Of a DNA stretch of 44,962 nt, positions 36,254 to 44,962 are shown piece by piece. The stretch lies in the IMG/VR virus record IMGVR_UViG_3300022822_000003, positions 1 through 44,962 of that record; one strand, given 5' to 3'. The DNA comes from a virus. Its lineage: Duplodnaviria; Caudoviricetes. The first letter of the stretch is position 1; every line of letters begins with the position of its first letter. The notes beneath the pieces were generated by a model, which made no database searches, was not told the origin of the DNA, and worked only from the letters and a program-made list of their open reading frames with translations. A program made the translations under genes and the position numbers.

Positions 36254-36961
36254 ATGGACATGTACGGAGATCCAGCACCCACTGAAGGCGCTGCACCCAC
36301 TGAAGGCGCTGCACCCACTGAAGGCGCTGCACCCACTGAAGGCGCTGCACCCACTGAAGGCGCTGCACCCACTGAAGGCGCTGCACCAACTGAAGGCGCT
36401 GCACCAACTGAAGGCGCTGCACCAACTGAAGGCGCTGCACCAACTGAAAGCGAGGGCGACGCTGCCCCGGGCGCATTCACCGAATTCACTATCCCCCAAG
36501 GCATGGAAGTGTCTGAGGATCGCATGACATCATTTCAGTCTTTCGCGACTGAGATGGGCATGGACCAAACACAAGCACAAAAGGCAATCGATTACTTTTC
36601 AGAAATGCAGGCGCTCGATGCGACCGGCATGCAGGATCGGTTGGCCTCACAAGCAAAAGAAAATGTTGACCGGATCAAGGCGATGAAAGCCATGACATCG
36701 GGCGATGGATTTGAAGCGAACGTCGGTAAGGCAAACACAGGAATAACGCAGGCACAAACCCAGATCAATAGGATCTTTGGGGCTGATGCGATAGACCTGG
36801 GTAAACATCTGGAAGACTCGGGGATCGGCAATGACCCCGCGATTATGCAGTTGGCTTATGTGTACGCATCCACAATCTCGGAAGATGGTTTTGTCACCGG
36901 CCAAGGTGGCGGGGGCGGAACGCCTAAAAGCCGAGAGGACGCGCTATACCCCGTTAAATAG
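36254..36961 (+). CDS. Capsid scaffolding protein
   Basis: Acidic low-complexity N-terminus, Q.QAQK..D, G.GN.P, ISED; lies before the major capsid gene. Confidence 0.85.
   Translation: MDMYGDPAPTEGAAPTEGAAPTEGAAPTEGAAPTEGAAPTEGAAPTEGAAPTEGAAPTEGAAPTESEGDAAPGAFTEFTIPQGMEVSEDRMTSFQSFATEMGMDQTQAQKAIDYFSEMQALDATGMQDRLASQAKENVDRIKAMKAMTSGDGFEANVGKANTGITQAQTQINRIFGADAIDLGKHLEDSGIGNDPAIMQLAYVYASTISEDGFVTGQGGGGGTPKSREDALYPVK
36275..36448 (+). repeat. 18-nt tandem repeat, 9 full units plus a partial (APTEGA)
   Basis: gcacc(c/a)actgaaggcgct; six ccc units followed by cca units. Confidence 0.95.
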
Positions 36962-37035
36962 CAACAACTAGCAGGATGTGAAGGTGCATCCAACCCTAAC
37001 CAAGGGTCACTTTGAGTGACCAAGGAGATGTTAAA

Positions 37036-38040
37036 ATGGCAACAGTAGGCCAAAATTATTTAGACCTCGCGGATTACTACCGCAAACAGGACCCTGATGG
37101 CAGCGTTGCTGACGTCATTGAAATGCTCGCAGAGATCAATCCGATCTTAGACGATGCGATTACGCAAGAGTGTAATGATGGCTCTAGCCACCTAACCACA
37201 ACGCGCACCGGACTACCGCAAGGCACCTGGCGCAAACTCTACCAAGGCGTACAGCCTTCCAAGTCTGCAACCGCACAGGTTAAAGACACCACGGGCTTCC
37301 TCGAAGCTTACAGCGAAGTCGACAACAAGTTGATCAAGCTCGCTGGCGGCAATGGCAACGCCCTACGTTTAGATGAGGCTGAGACATTTGTTGAAGGCAT
37401 GTCTAATCAGATGGCATCGGCGATGTTTTACTCTGACACCGACGTTAACCCCGAGCAGTATCTAGGGTTGCACCCGCGTTTTGATAAGCTGGGTACAACC
37501 GGCTCTGCGTCTCAGATTATCGATGGTGGTGGCACCAGCACGGATAATACCTCGGTTTGGTTTATTGTCTGGTCTCCGAAGACTGTATCGCTTCTTTATC
37601 CTAAAGGGTCGAGTGCTGGCGTACAGCGCGAAGACTTGGGTAAGACAACCAAAGAGTTATCAAGCGGCGCAATGTACGAAGTAATGCGTGAGCATTTCTC
37701 ATGGGACATGGGCTTAACCGTTCGTGACTGGAGGTACATCGCTCGCGTTTGTAACATCGATGTCAGCGACTTGAATGCGGCGGGTGCTTCTGCACTAGAC
37801 GCGTTGATCAAGAACATGATCAGAGCTTACTACAAGCTACGTCAGCGTAAGGTTCGCAACGGTCGTGCTGCAATCTACTGTAACACGACAGTGAAGACTG
37901 CACTGCACTTAGCCGCAATGGACAAAGCGAGCAACACGCTGACCATCGAGATGATGGAAGGCCAGGAAGTCGTTAAGTTCTTGGGCATACCTATCCGCGA
38001 AGTTGATGCTTTGATCAACACCGAATCAAGAATCACATAG
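37036..38040 (+). CDS. Major capsid protein (epsilon15 gp7 / BPP-1 Bbp17-like)
   Basis: E.L...N.IL.D, RTGLP...WR, LEAYSEVD, GL.VRDWRY..R..NID, F.GIPIR..DA; AAGGAG RBS before ATG 37036. Confidence 0.93.
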   Translation: MATVGQNYLDLADYYRKQDPDGSVADVIEMLAEINPILDDAITQECNDGSSHLTTTRTGLPQGTWRKLYQGVQPSKSATAQVKDTTGFLEAYSEVDNKLIKLAGGNGNALRLDEAETFVEGMSNQMASAMFYSDTDVNPEQYLGLHPRFDKLGTTGSASQIIDGGGTSTDNTSVWFIVWSPKTVSLLYPKGSSAGVQREDLGKTTKELSSGAMYEVMREHFSWDMGLTVRDWRYIARVCNIDVSDLNAAGASALDALIKNMIRAYYKLRQRKVRNGRAAIYCNTTVKTALHLAAMDKASNTLTIEMMEGQEVVKFLGIPIREVDALINTESRIT

Positions 38041-38050
38041 GAGTATCGAC

Positions 38051-38458
38051 ATGATATTAGATTCGCAAACACTTTTCTCTGACGCGCAAGCCATCACTGG
38101 CACTGCCGTCTCTACTAATGTGGTCCAGATTGGCCACTTAACCAACACCCCTGGCGACATGGGCGCCGGAGGCCCGATACCGCTGCTGATCCAAGTAGTT
38201 GAGGCTTTCGACAACCTGACTAATCTCGTAGTGACCGTGGAAGTTGATGCTGATGCAGCCTTTTCTGACACGAAGATTGTCACGTCAGTAACCGTCCTGT
38301 TGGCAGACCTGGTGGTTGGTAAGCAGATCGCGCCGCAGTATGTCCCCTTTGGGACTAAGGAGGCCTTTATGCGTATCAAGTACACGGTTGGGGGTTCGAG
38401 CCCGTCGGCAGGTAAGATCACTGCGGGCATCAGCAAAGGTAATCAAACCAATGTCTAG
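38051..38458 (+). CDS. Capsid cement protein (Bbp16-like)
   Basis: MILD....FSD.QAIT..A.STN, Y.V.G.....GKITAGI. Confidence 0.88.
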   Translation: MILDSQTLFSDAQAITGTAVSTNVVQIGHLTNTPGDMGAGGPIPLLIQVVEAFDNLTNLVVTVEVDADAAFSDTKIVTSVTVLLADLVVGKQIAPQYVPFGTKEAFMRIKYTVGGSSPSAGKITAGISKGNQTNV

Positions 38459-38651
38459 TTCGCAAACCAGCATCAAGGTTAAAGCAACTGCGGTGGGGCA
38501 CTATCAAGTCCTGCGTCAGCCGGGAGATGTCTTTATATTTGACACCGGCAAAGGCTCGAAAGCGTTGGTCGAAAGATCGTCGTGGATGGAAGCAGTCGTT
38601 TTAGCCAAAACTGAGCCAGAGCCAGAAGTGGTAGAACCCACTAAAAGCTAA
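38451..38651 (+). CDS. Small hypothetical virion-module protein
   Basis: Likely start MSSSQ at 38451; G.Y..LR..G.VF...SWM motif. Confidence 0.7.
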   Translation: MSSSQTSIKVKATAVGHYQVLRQPGDVFIFDTGKGSKALVERSSWMEAVVLAKTEPEPEVVEPTKS

Positions 38652-38678
38652 AGCAAGCGGACCCCTCATCCGTGAACC

Positions 38679-38706
38679 GCAAAGGGCCGACCCCTCGGCC
38701 CTTTGC
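38679..38706. terminator. Strong hairpin after the capsid genes (terminator or stability element)
   Basis: GCAAAGGGCCGA-CCCC-TCGGCCCTTTGC, a 12-bp stem with no clear U tract. Confidence 0.5.
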
Positions 38707-38727
38707 ACCTACTAAGGAAGAATTAAA

Positions 38728-39036
38728 ATGCCCGTTGATCTAAAGCGTAACTCACATGAGAAGCAGGGCACGATGCTCGGCGTCGCGGCATCTGACGATG
38801 AAGAGAATGATTATGCCTATGGCTTATCTCTTCACTTAGAAGCGCCAGAGCTTCAAAAAGTACCCCTCACTGCTGACATGGTCGGCACTACAATTCCAAT
38901 GGAGATTCTCGCACGCGTCGAGAGCTTCACCGATTCAGAAGAAGGCAAGAGTGCATCGATACAGGTCAGAGCCATAGGCCTTAAAGCCGAAGCGGCTGAC
39001 GAAGCACCAACCCGGGCGAGTGCGCTTTATGACTAG
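38728..39036 (+). CDS. Capsid staple protein (epsilon15 gp10-like)
   Basis: Y.YGL.L.L....L.K, VG, A.V, IQ...IGL, C-terminal ALY. Confidence 0.75.
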   Translation: MPVDLKRNSHEKQGTMLGVAASDDEENDYAYGLSLHLEAPELQKVPLTADMVGTTIPMEILARVESFTDSEEGKSASIQVRAIGLKAEAADEAPTRASALYD

Positions 39037-39619
39037 CGTCGCCGCCATCTGTAATCTAGCCCTAGCGGATATAGGCTCAACCGCCACGATCACCTCGCTA
39101 AGCGAAGTATCGATTGAAGCTAAATATTGCAACATCTATTACACCGCAGCGAGAGACTCGTTGCTTGAAGAAATCGAATGGCCCTTTGCCCAGCGTAAAG
39201 TTGAGCTGGCGAGCACAGGGACACCCCCACCCCAGTGGCTCTATCAGTATGCGTACCCGAACAACACGGTTGCGTGTCACCGGATCTGGCAGCTTGACCG
39301 TCAGGCCGCACCCCTACCTTTTGAAATTATCGTCAGTGATGACCTAGAGGCTAGACGGATCGTCACCGACACCGCAACTGCGAGTGTTGTCGTTACTTCA
39401 CTAGTGACACTGCCCACGCTCTACTCCCCTAAATTCGTAGAAGCATTGCACTTTAAACTAGCAGCGATGCTGGCAATGCCAATCACCAAAAAGAGGACCA
39501 TGCGCTCCGATATGCTCGAGGCGTACAGAGCAGCGCTGTATTCAGCAGCGGCAAGCTCACGTAATCAACAAGTCGGCGAACTGCCGAGGGACCCCGACTG
39601 GATCACTGGCAGAGGATAA
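39029..39619 (+). CDS. Tail tubular protein A / adaptor
   Basis: ICNLAL..IG, R..LL....W.FA, Y.YP, F..AL...LA..LA; start at 39029. Confidence 0.9.
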   Translation: MTSVAAICNLALADIGSTATITSLSEVSIEAKYCNIYYTAARDSLLEEIEWPFAQRKVELASTGTPPPQWLYQYAYPNNTVACHRIWQLDRQAAPLPFEIIVSDDLEARRIVTDTATASVVVTSLVTLPTLYSPKFVEALHFKLAAMLAMPITKKRTMRSDMLEAYRAALYSAAASSRNQQVGELPRDPDWITGRG

Positions 39620-39622
39620 ACC

Positions 39623-41659
39623 ATGCAATCGACGTTCACCGCTGGCGAACTATCTCCCTCACTACATGCTCGAGTGGATCTGGCCAAGTATCAAACAGGA
39701 CTTGCTACCGCTAAAAACGCAATAGTGCATGCGCATGGGGGCGTCAGCAACCGCGCAGGCTGGGAGTACATAGTCCCCACAAAAAATGTCACAGGCAAAG
39801 TCCGCTTGATCCCTTTTAGGTTCAACACCGAAGTTGGAAACACCTACATGCTTGAGTTTGGTGATACCTACATGCGGGTTCACCGCAAGACCGCTGCAGG
39901 CGTCTATGACCCTGATGGTGTGGTAGAGCAAACATCTCCTTTCGGGGAAACGCACTTAGCATCACTAAAGTTTGTGCAGTCAGCTGACGTCATGTTCATC
40001 ACATCAAAGTGGCTCGCACCCCACAAGCTCGCACGTACCAATGTCAACCACTTAAGCTGGGCGTTCAGCTTAATGGCTTTTAATGACACACCACCCCTGG
40101 TAGCAGGACTATCTGCCACCAGCGCGGAATTCGACTCAGGTGCGCAAGATCGTACTCGTAAGTACCGGGTCACCCAAGTAGACACAGATGGGCGGGAGTC
40201 AATAGGGTCAACGATGCAAAGTGCAACAGTTGACACGCTCTGGCCCGCAGCCGCAAAGGTCACGCTGACCTGGACTGACTCATCTGACTCAGCATTCGCT
40301 TACTACAACATTTATTGTGCGCTCGAGGGGGACACCTATGGCTTCATCGGCACCGCAGAAGACAACAAGTTTGTCGACGACAACATCACTCCCGACTTAG
40401 CAACCCCGTTGGCTCGAGAGAAATATGAGTTTGACTCTGAAGCAAAGTACCCAAGCGGTGTGGCGTTTCATGAACAGCGCTTAATGTTCTCAGGACTCAA
40501 AGATGATGCACAAGTCATGATTGCATCCGAGGCGGGTGACTTCAACAGCTTTTCATACACACGCCCCCGCAGTCCCTCTGACGCTTTTAAGTTTCAGGTT
40601 GACTCCGGTGTCATCAACGAGGTCAGACACATGGTCTCAATGAATGATCTGGTCGTCATGACCGCGGGCGCAAACTTTAGAATTACAGACAATGGCGACG
40701 GGTTCGCGTTTGAAAACATCTCGAGCAAGCCACAGGGCAATCGTGGTGCGTCTAATCTGACCCCTTTAATAGTAGGCAACACGCTACTCTACACTCTGCC
40801 TAGAGAAAAAGCAGTGCATGCACTGACCTACTCAGAGCAGGCCCAGGGCTACGACGGGCTGGAAGTATCAATCATGGCTAAGCACATGCTGGACGGCCAG
40901 AAGATTATTGATTGGACCTACCAGCAGGAACCCGACTCCATCGTCTGGTCCGTCATGTCTGATGGCACGATGACGAGTCTAACCTATGTGCGCGAGCACC
41001 AAGTGACAGGCTGGTGTAGGCACGAAACTGATGGCACTTTTGAAGCCGTAGCCTCTGTTGAAGAGGGTGAGCAAGATGCGGTCTACGCCGTCGTTAAGCG
41101 CAACATTAATGGCGCGGATGTCCGGTACATCGAGCGACTACGTGAGCGCGAAGTGTTCGACGCAAAAGATGCATTCTTTGTCGACGCAGGCAAAACCTAT
41201 TCGGGGGCAGCAACGTCAACGATCACAGGGCTCGCACACTTAGAGGGTGAAACAGTAGCGGTACTCGCGGATGGCAATGTCGTTGGACAGCAAGTCGTCG
41301 CCAGTGGCCAGATCACGTTACCCGCAGCCGCGACGCTAGTTCACGTTGGGCTACCCTTCGTCACAGACATTGAGACGCTCGAGCCCCCTGAACAGTTTGG
41401 CAAGCGAAAGTCTGTTGCACTGCTTCGCGCTAGAGTGTACCGATCTCGCGGCATGTGGGTCGGACCCAATGCTAATCAGCTAACCGAGCTGCGCCAACGC
41501 GGGCAAGAAGATTATGGTGCCGCGATACCTTTATACACCGGGCTGCTTGAAGTCACACTCGATCCTACCTGGGAAGAGCACGGCAACTTGTTTATCCGCC
41601 AGGTGGACCCATTACCCTTAACGCTGATAGCCGTCATGCCGGATATTGGCAGTGAATAA
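39623..41659 (+). CDS. Tail tubular protein B / nozzle
   Basis: F.AGELSP.L..R.D...Y, LIPF.F, QSADV, YPS.V.F..QRL, W.RH.T.G, PLP. Confidence 0.92.
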   Translation: MQSTFTAGELSPSLHARVDLAKYQTGLATAKNAIVHAHGGVSNRAGWEYIVPTKNVTGKVRLIPFRFNTEVGNTYMLEFGDTYMRVHRKTAAGVYDPDGVVEQTSPFGETHLASLKFVQSADVMFITSKWLAPHKLARTNVNHLSWAFSLMAFNDTPPLVAGLSATSAEFDSGAQDRTRKYRVTQVDTDGRESIGSTMQSATVDTLWPAAAKVTLTWTDSSDSAFAYYNIYCALEGDTYGFIGTAEDNKFVDDNITPDLATPLAREKYEFDSEAKYPSGVAFHEQRLMFSGLKDDAQVMIASEAGDFNSFSYTRPRSPSDAFKFQVDSGVINEVRHMVSMNDLVVMTAGANFRITDNGDGFAFENISSKPQGNRGASNLTPLIVGNTLLYTLPREKAVHALTYSEQAQGYDGLEVSIMAKHMLDGQKIIDWTYQQEPDSIVWSVMSDGTMTSLTYVREHQVTGWCRHETDGTFEAVASVEEGEQDAVYAVVKRNINGADVRYIERLREREVFDAKDAFFVDAGKTYSGAATSTITGLAHLEGETVAVLADGNVVGQQVVASGQITLPAAATLVHVGLPFVTDIETLEPPEQFGKRKSVALLRARVYRSRGMWVGPNANQLTELRQRGQEDYGAAIPLYTGLLEVTLDPTWEEHGNLFIRQVDPLPLTLIAVMPDIGSE

Positions 41660-42110
41660 CATACAGATGGTGACGGCAACGCCCGAGCACTTAACCGAAC
41701 TGGCTAACAACATGAGAGCGACGGACCTGCAAGAGATCGGGTGTCTGTCGTCGCGGGAGCCTCGTCTCACTTTGCAGATGTCAGCGGATATGAGCAGCCG
41801 AGTAGAAACCTGCCTCATCGATGGCGCTGTCGCTGCTGTTTGGGGCATAGCCCCCTGGGAGAGCTATGGGGTCCCTTGGATGCTAGGCACCCCGCTCATT
41901 AATGATCACCCCAAAACTTTAATAGAAGAGAGTAAGCATCAGTTGCAACTCATGCTGAGTGAGTACGACCATCTGAGACAATGGGTGGATGTACGCAACG
42001 AAGCGTCAGTCCGGTGGCTGAAACGTCTGGGGTTCACCTTCCACGACGCGATCCCATATGGTACGAGCGGTGAGTTGTTTTACCCTTTTGAGATTTATAG
42101 AGATGTGTGA
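41646..42110 (+). CDS. T7 gp13-like GNAT-fold protein (internal virion protein A type)
   Basis: MR..D..E, PW.LGT, V..RN..S.RWL..LGF.F; exact start uncertain. Confidence 0.85.
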   Translation: MAVNNIQMVTATPEHLTELANNMRATDLQEIGCLSSREPRLTLQMSADMSSRVETCLIDGAVAAVWGIAPWESYGVPWMLGTPLINDHPKTLIEESKHQLQLMLSEYDHLRQWVDVRNEASVRWLKRLGFTFHDAIPYGTSGELFYPFEIYRDV

Positions 42111-42561
42111 ACCAACAACACTACTAATGGCAGCGTCAATGGTGGCCCAGCAGCAGGCCTCTTCTGCAGCGGCCAGCGCTACCCGGCAAGTGGCCTACAA
42201 CAAAGCCAAGCAGATAGAATACCAGCGAAAGCAAACAGTCCATCGTGGTGAGCTCCGCCAGCAGAAAGTCTTCCAGGCAAACGCGGATCGTTCGTCGAAG
42301 GCGATGGTGGCCCTCTCAGCATCTGGGATTGATGCCGGGGCTGGCTCATCGAACGATGTGCTCGCAGACATAGCATCTGAAGGTGCGATGGACTCGATGA
42401 TCATCAAAGCAGATATTGAGGGGGAGCTGCACGGCTTAGCCTCTCAGCAGCAGTCTGTGCTAACCCAAGGCACTCTCGACAGCAACAACATCAGGAACAA
42501 CGCGACAAGCTCACTGCTGACAAGCGGTGCTCAGACAGCGCACTACTACAAAAATAGATAA
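42103..42561 (+). CDS. Internal virion protein (T7 gp14-like, MCEP start)
   Basis: MCEP followed by a hydrophobic stretch, ASGID..GS; position in the ejection block. Confidence 0.8.
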   Translation: MCEPTTLLMAASMVAQQQASSAAASATRQVAYNKAKQIEYQRKQTVHRGELRQQKVFQANADRSSKAMVALSASGIDAGAGSSNDVLADIASEGAMDSMIIKADIEGELHGLASQQQSVLTQGTLDSNNIRNNATSSLLTSGAQTAHYYKNR

Positions 42562-42573
42562 GGACGAAACGAG

Positions 42574-44265
42574 ATGCCAGTAGTCCCATACCGCTCGACC
42601 TTGACGCCCAGCAGGGCACCCTCAACGGTCCAGAACATCAACGTCCCCGTTAACAACTCGATGGGTGAAGCGCTGTCAGGCATGGCGCAGATAGCCGACA
42701 AGCACTACGCGAAGGTCGATGAGGCCAACGCACAGAAGCTATTAAACGGGTACAGGTCGGACGCGAATGCGTTACGCACCCGGTTTATGAACACCTCGGG
42801 GCAGGATGCCTACGAGGGCATTGGAGCTTATAAGAAGTCGCTGAGTGACATGCGCAGTAAACACTTTGAAGGGGCAGGCACCGGGCGTCAGAAGCGGATG
42901 CTCAGTGCTGCAATGGACTCAGCAGATCTTGCGTACAATGATGCAGGTTACTCGCACGCAGGCAAAGAGCTCACCACTTGGAACAACAAAGAGGCCGAAG
43001 CCGCTGTCGACTTGCATGCGCAGGATGCGTTGTTTAACCGGCTTGATGGCAAAGCCTCAAAGAAATCAATCTCACAAATTGTGACTCAGATGCGGATGAC
43101 CGCAGACAGCAACGGCGTAGGACCGGAGGCCACAGACCTCGCGGTACTTGGCATGACAACCAAGGTCCATAGCTCAATTATTAATGCGTTTGTGGCTGAG
43201 AAAGACTTTGCCCGGGCTCGCGAATACTTTGAAGAGAAGTCAAATCTAGCGGGTATCGCACCGAGCGAACGCCCCGCGATTGCGACACTGCTCGACAAGG
43301 GTCAGACACTTGCAACACAACAGACACTAAGCGACGACATAATAAGCAAACACGGCGGAGACTATTCCGCGATGCTTGAAGCCGCTAAAAAAACGGAGAA
43401 GGGAGATGTGCGTGAGGGGGTTGTCCAACAGATCAACAGCCACATCGCTGCGTCAAAAGCCCAAGAACAAGAAGACATCCGACAAGCTAAGCGCGAAGTG
43501 ACGCAGTTCCTAAACGCAGGTAACGACCCAGATGCAATACTGAACAATCCGAAGTGGAGCGAGCACTTTTCGCAGTCGGATATCAACACCATGAAAGCTT
43601 CGATCATGAAGGGCAACAGCTTCGGCGCTGACTACGCGACTGCAAACGAGGCGTTTCTCGACCTGCAGCAGGGACTGCACCGACTCCCCGTCGAAGAAAG
43701 ACAAGCCTATATTAATGGAATCGACCCCGCTATGTCACTTGAGTGGCCACAACCTATGCGCCAACAGCTCATGGACTGGTATGCCGAACAAGACAAGATC
43801 ATAGCGGCAAACGATCTGCAGTTGAGAAGCCCGAAACAGCTCATGCTTGAGACCACGACCAACGTGGTAGACGATATGTTTAAAGCCTTCGTCAAAGAAG
43901 AGAAGGGCAGTAATGCCAAACTGGAGCGCATGCAAAAACAGGTGATATACAACAGGGTTGTAGCGCAACTGATTGACGAAAAGGATTGGGCCACGGACAA
44001 TGTTGGCCTGAGAGAAAAAGCCCGCAGGATCGCGGGTACGCTCCTGCTTCAGGACAAAGACACCTTTGGTTCTAGCGACGGATTCTTGTTTGAGAACCTG
44101 GATGCAATCGTGAGTGACGAGTCAACCGCCAGTGACTTTTTTGAAGAGCTGCCATCTGAGCGTCAAAGAGTGCTCGCGGAGACAGCGATGGAGGCCGGGT
44201 TCCCGAACCCCACTATGGTCCAGCTGATGAGGGCACATTTATTAGACACAGGGGCAATTAAATAA
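42574..44265 (+). CDS. Internal virion (ejection) protein, gp15-like position
   Basis: MP.VP.Y start, helical Ala/Gln-rich sequence, synteny. Confidence 0.8.
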   Translation: MPVVPYRSTLTPSRAPSTVQNINVPVNNSMGEALSGMAQIADKHYAKVDEANAQKLLNGYRSDANALRTRFMNTSGQDAYEGIGAYKKSLSDMRSKHFEGAGTGRQKRMLSAAMDSADLAYNDAGYSHAGKELTTWNNKEAEAAVDLHAQDALFNRLDGKASKKSISQIVTQMRMTADSNGVGPEATDLAVLGMTTKVHSSIINAFVAEKDFARAREYFEEKSNLAGIAPSERPAIATLLDKGQTLATQQTLSDDIISKHGGDYSAMLEAAKKTEKGDVREGVVQQINSHIAASKAQEQEDIRQAKREVTQFLNAGNDPDAILNNPKWSEHFSQSDINTMKASIMKGNSFGADYATANEAFLDLQQGLHRLPVEERQAYINGIDPAMSLEWPQPMRQQLMDWYAEQDKIIAANDLQLRSPKQLMLETTTNVVDDMFKAFVKEEKGSNAKLERMQKQVIYNRVVAQLIDEKDWATDNVGLREKARRIAGTLLLQDKDTFGSSDGFLFENLDAIVSDESTASDFFEELPSERQRVLAETAMEAGFPNPTMVQLMRAHLLDTGAIK

Positions 44266-44962
44266 TGAGTATAAATCTCCGCAATGCGTTCGAGCAGATC
44301 AAGAACGAAAACGAAGATACCCCCCAGAGCGCCAACTCAGGACTAAAAGATGCATTCCAGACCATGAAGTCTCAGGACAACGTGCAGTCTGTAACGGAGG
44401 AGAACACGCTGCTGTCCGCACAGGATGGCAACGCGGACGAGTACGCAGCGAACATAGATATGGGCGTCAAGCTGAAGCAGCCAACTGAGGTTGTCGCAGC
44501 CGCACCTGATATCGCTAAAAATCTGATCCAGCGCGAGAAGATCCAGCAATACCAGCGCTCGAACAAACCGACCATTGACTGGGCGTCAAAGCCTAACAAT
44601 GCGCAGCTGGTCCACGATGACATGGACGCACTGACGTTTTTCGAGAACACATTGAAGACAATGGTCAGCGCAGCCAAAACGCTTCCACTAGTGATGGACC
44701 CAGCGCGAAGTGTTACTTCAGGGCTAACGGGAATAATAGGTACAGAAGCAGAGCGGGTGGGCACAACGCTAGAGGGCATTCAGCTCGACCGCAGTGATCC
44801 CGTTGCAACAACACTCTCATCCTTCGCAATAGCCCCTAAGTTAGTGGGTACACCTTTGCGCCTATTGGGTGAAGGGCTTAACGCCATAAACGAGTTCATC
44901 GCAGTGCCTGAAGAGAGAGAAGGCATAATCAGTGCGGGTGCTGAGACCATCGGGCAAGTGAT
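44265..44962 (+). CDS. 5' part of the giant ejection protein; continues at position 1, ~2,722 aa in total
   Basis: ATG overlaps the previous TAA; manual translation (MSINLRNAFEQ...) is open and in frame with 9..7598 across the overlap. Confidence 0.9.
   Translation, partial: MSINLRNAFEQIKNENEDTPQSANSGLKDAFQTMKSQDNVQSVTEENTLLSAQDGNADEYAANIDMGVKLKQPTEVVAAAPDIAKNLIQREKIQQYQRSNKPTIDWASKPNNAQLVHDDMDALTFFENTLKTMVSAAKTLPLVMDPARSVTSGLTGIIGTEAERVGTTLEGIQLDRSDPVATTLSSFAIAPKLVGTPLRLLGEGLNAINEFIAVPEEREGIISAGAETIGQV
44836..44962. repeat. 127-bp terminal direct repeat (copy 2)
   Basis: Identical to 1-127. Confidence 0.97.

Noticed and set aside
36275-36448. CRISPR array
   Set aside because: The units are contiguous, lack spacers and are in-frame coding repeats.

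Overview
The window is a complete, circularly assembled temperate phage genome of 44,835 bp unique sequence: the last 127 nt (44836-44962) repeat the first 127 nt. The virion module is podovirus-type and resembles epsilon15/BPP-1/APSE: terminases, T7-like portal, scaffold, major capsid, cement and staple proteins, tail tubular A/B, gp13-like GNAT, three ejection proteins and a tail fibre. It also has a tyrosine integrase with a readable attP, an AlpA-like excisionase, a CI/Cro switch, a leftward replication arm (Cas4-like exonuclease, SSB, PolA, VRR-NUC, SNF2 helicase), a PrimPol-PriCT2-AAA primase/helicase followed by an iteron-like origin, and a lysis plus accessory structural block inserted after the portal. 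Sigma70-type promoters, IHF sites and AGGAG RBSs suggest a gammaproteobacterial host (inference). The most notable observations are five. (1) A ~2,722-aa ejection protein spanning the contig junction carries cassette-like effector domains (ART-like, HhH-GPD glycosylase-like, GNAT, zincin) bounded by [L/F]NQ motifs, and hides a protein-like out-of-frame 72-aa ORF between two effectors, a candidate built-in immunity or regulator gene. (2) Three stem-loops with a conserved CACCAC loop and different stems lie upstream of early genes. (3) A three-copy putative late promoter, ACGCTGAACG-N15-TAnnAT. (4) An attP whose candidate core overlaps a phage-supplied RBS and ATG. (5) A small secreted beta-barrel-like HxS protein with a 115-bp duplication. 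All family assignments come from motif recognition by eye; no searches were run.
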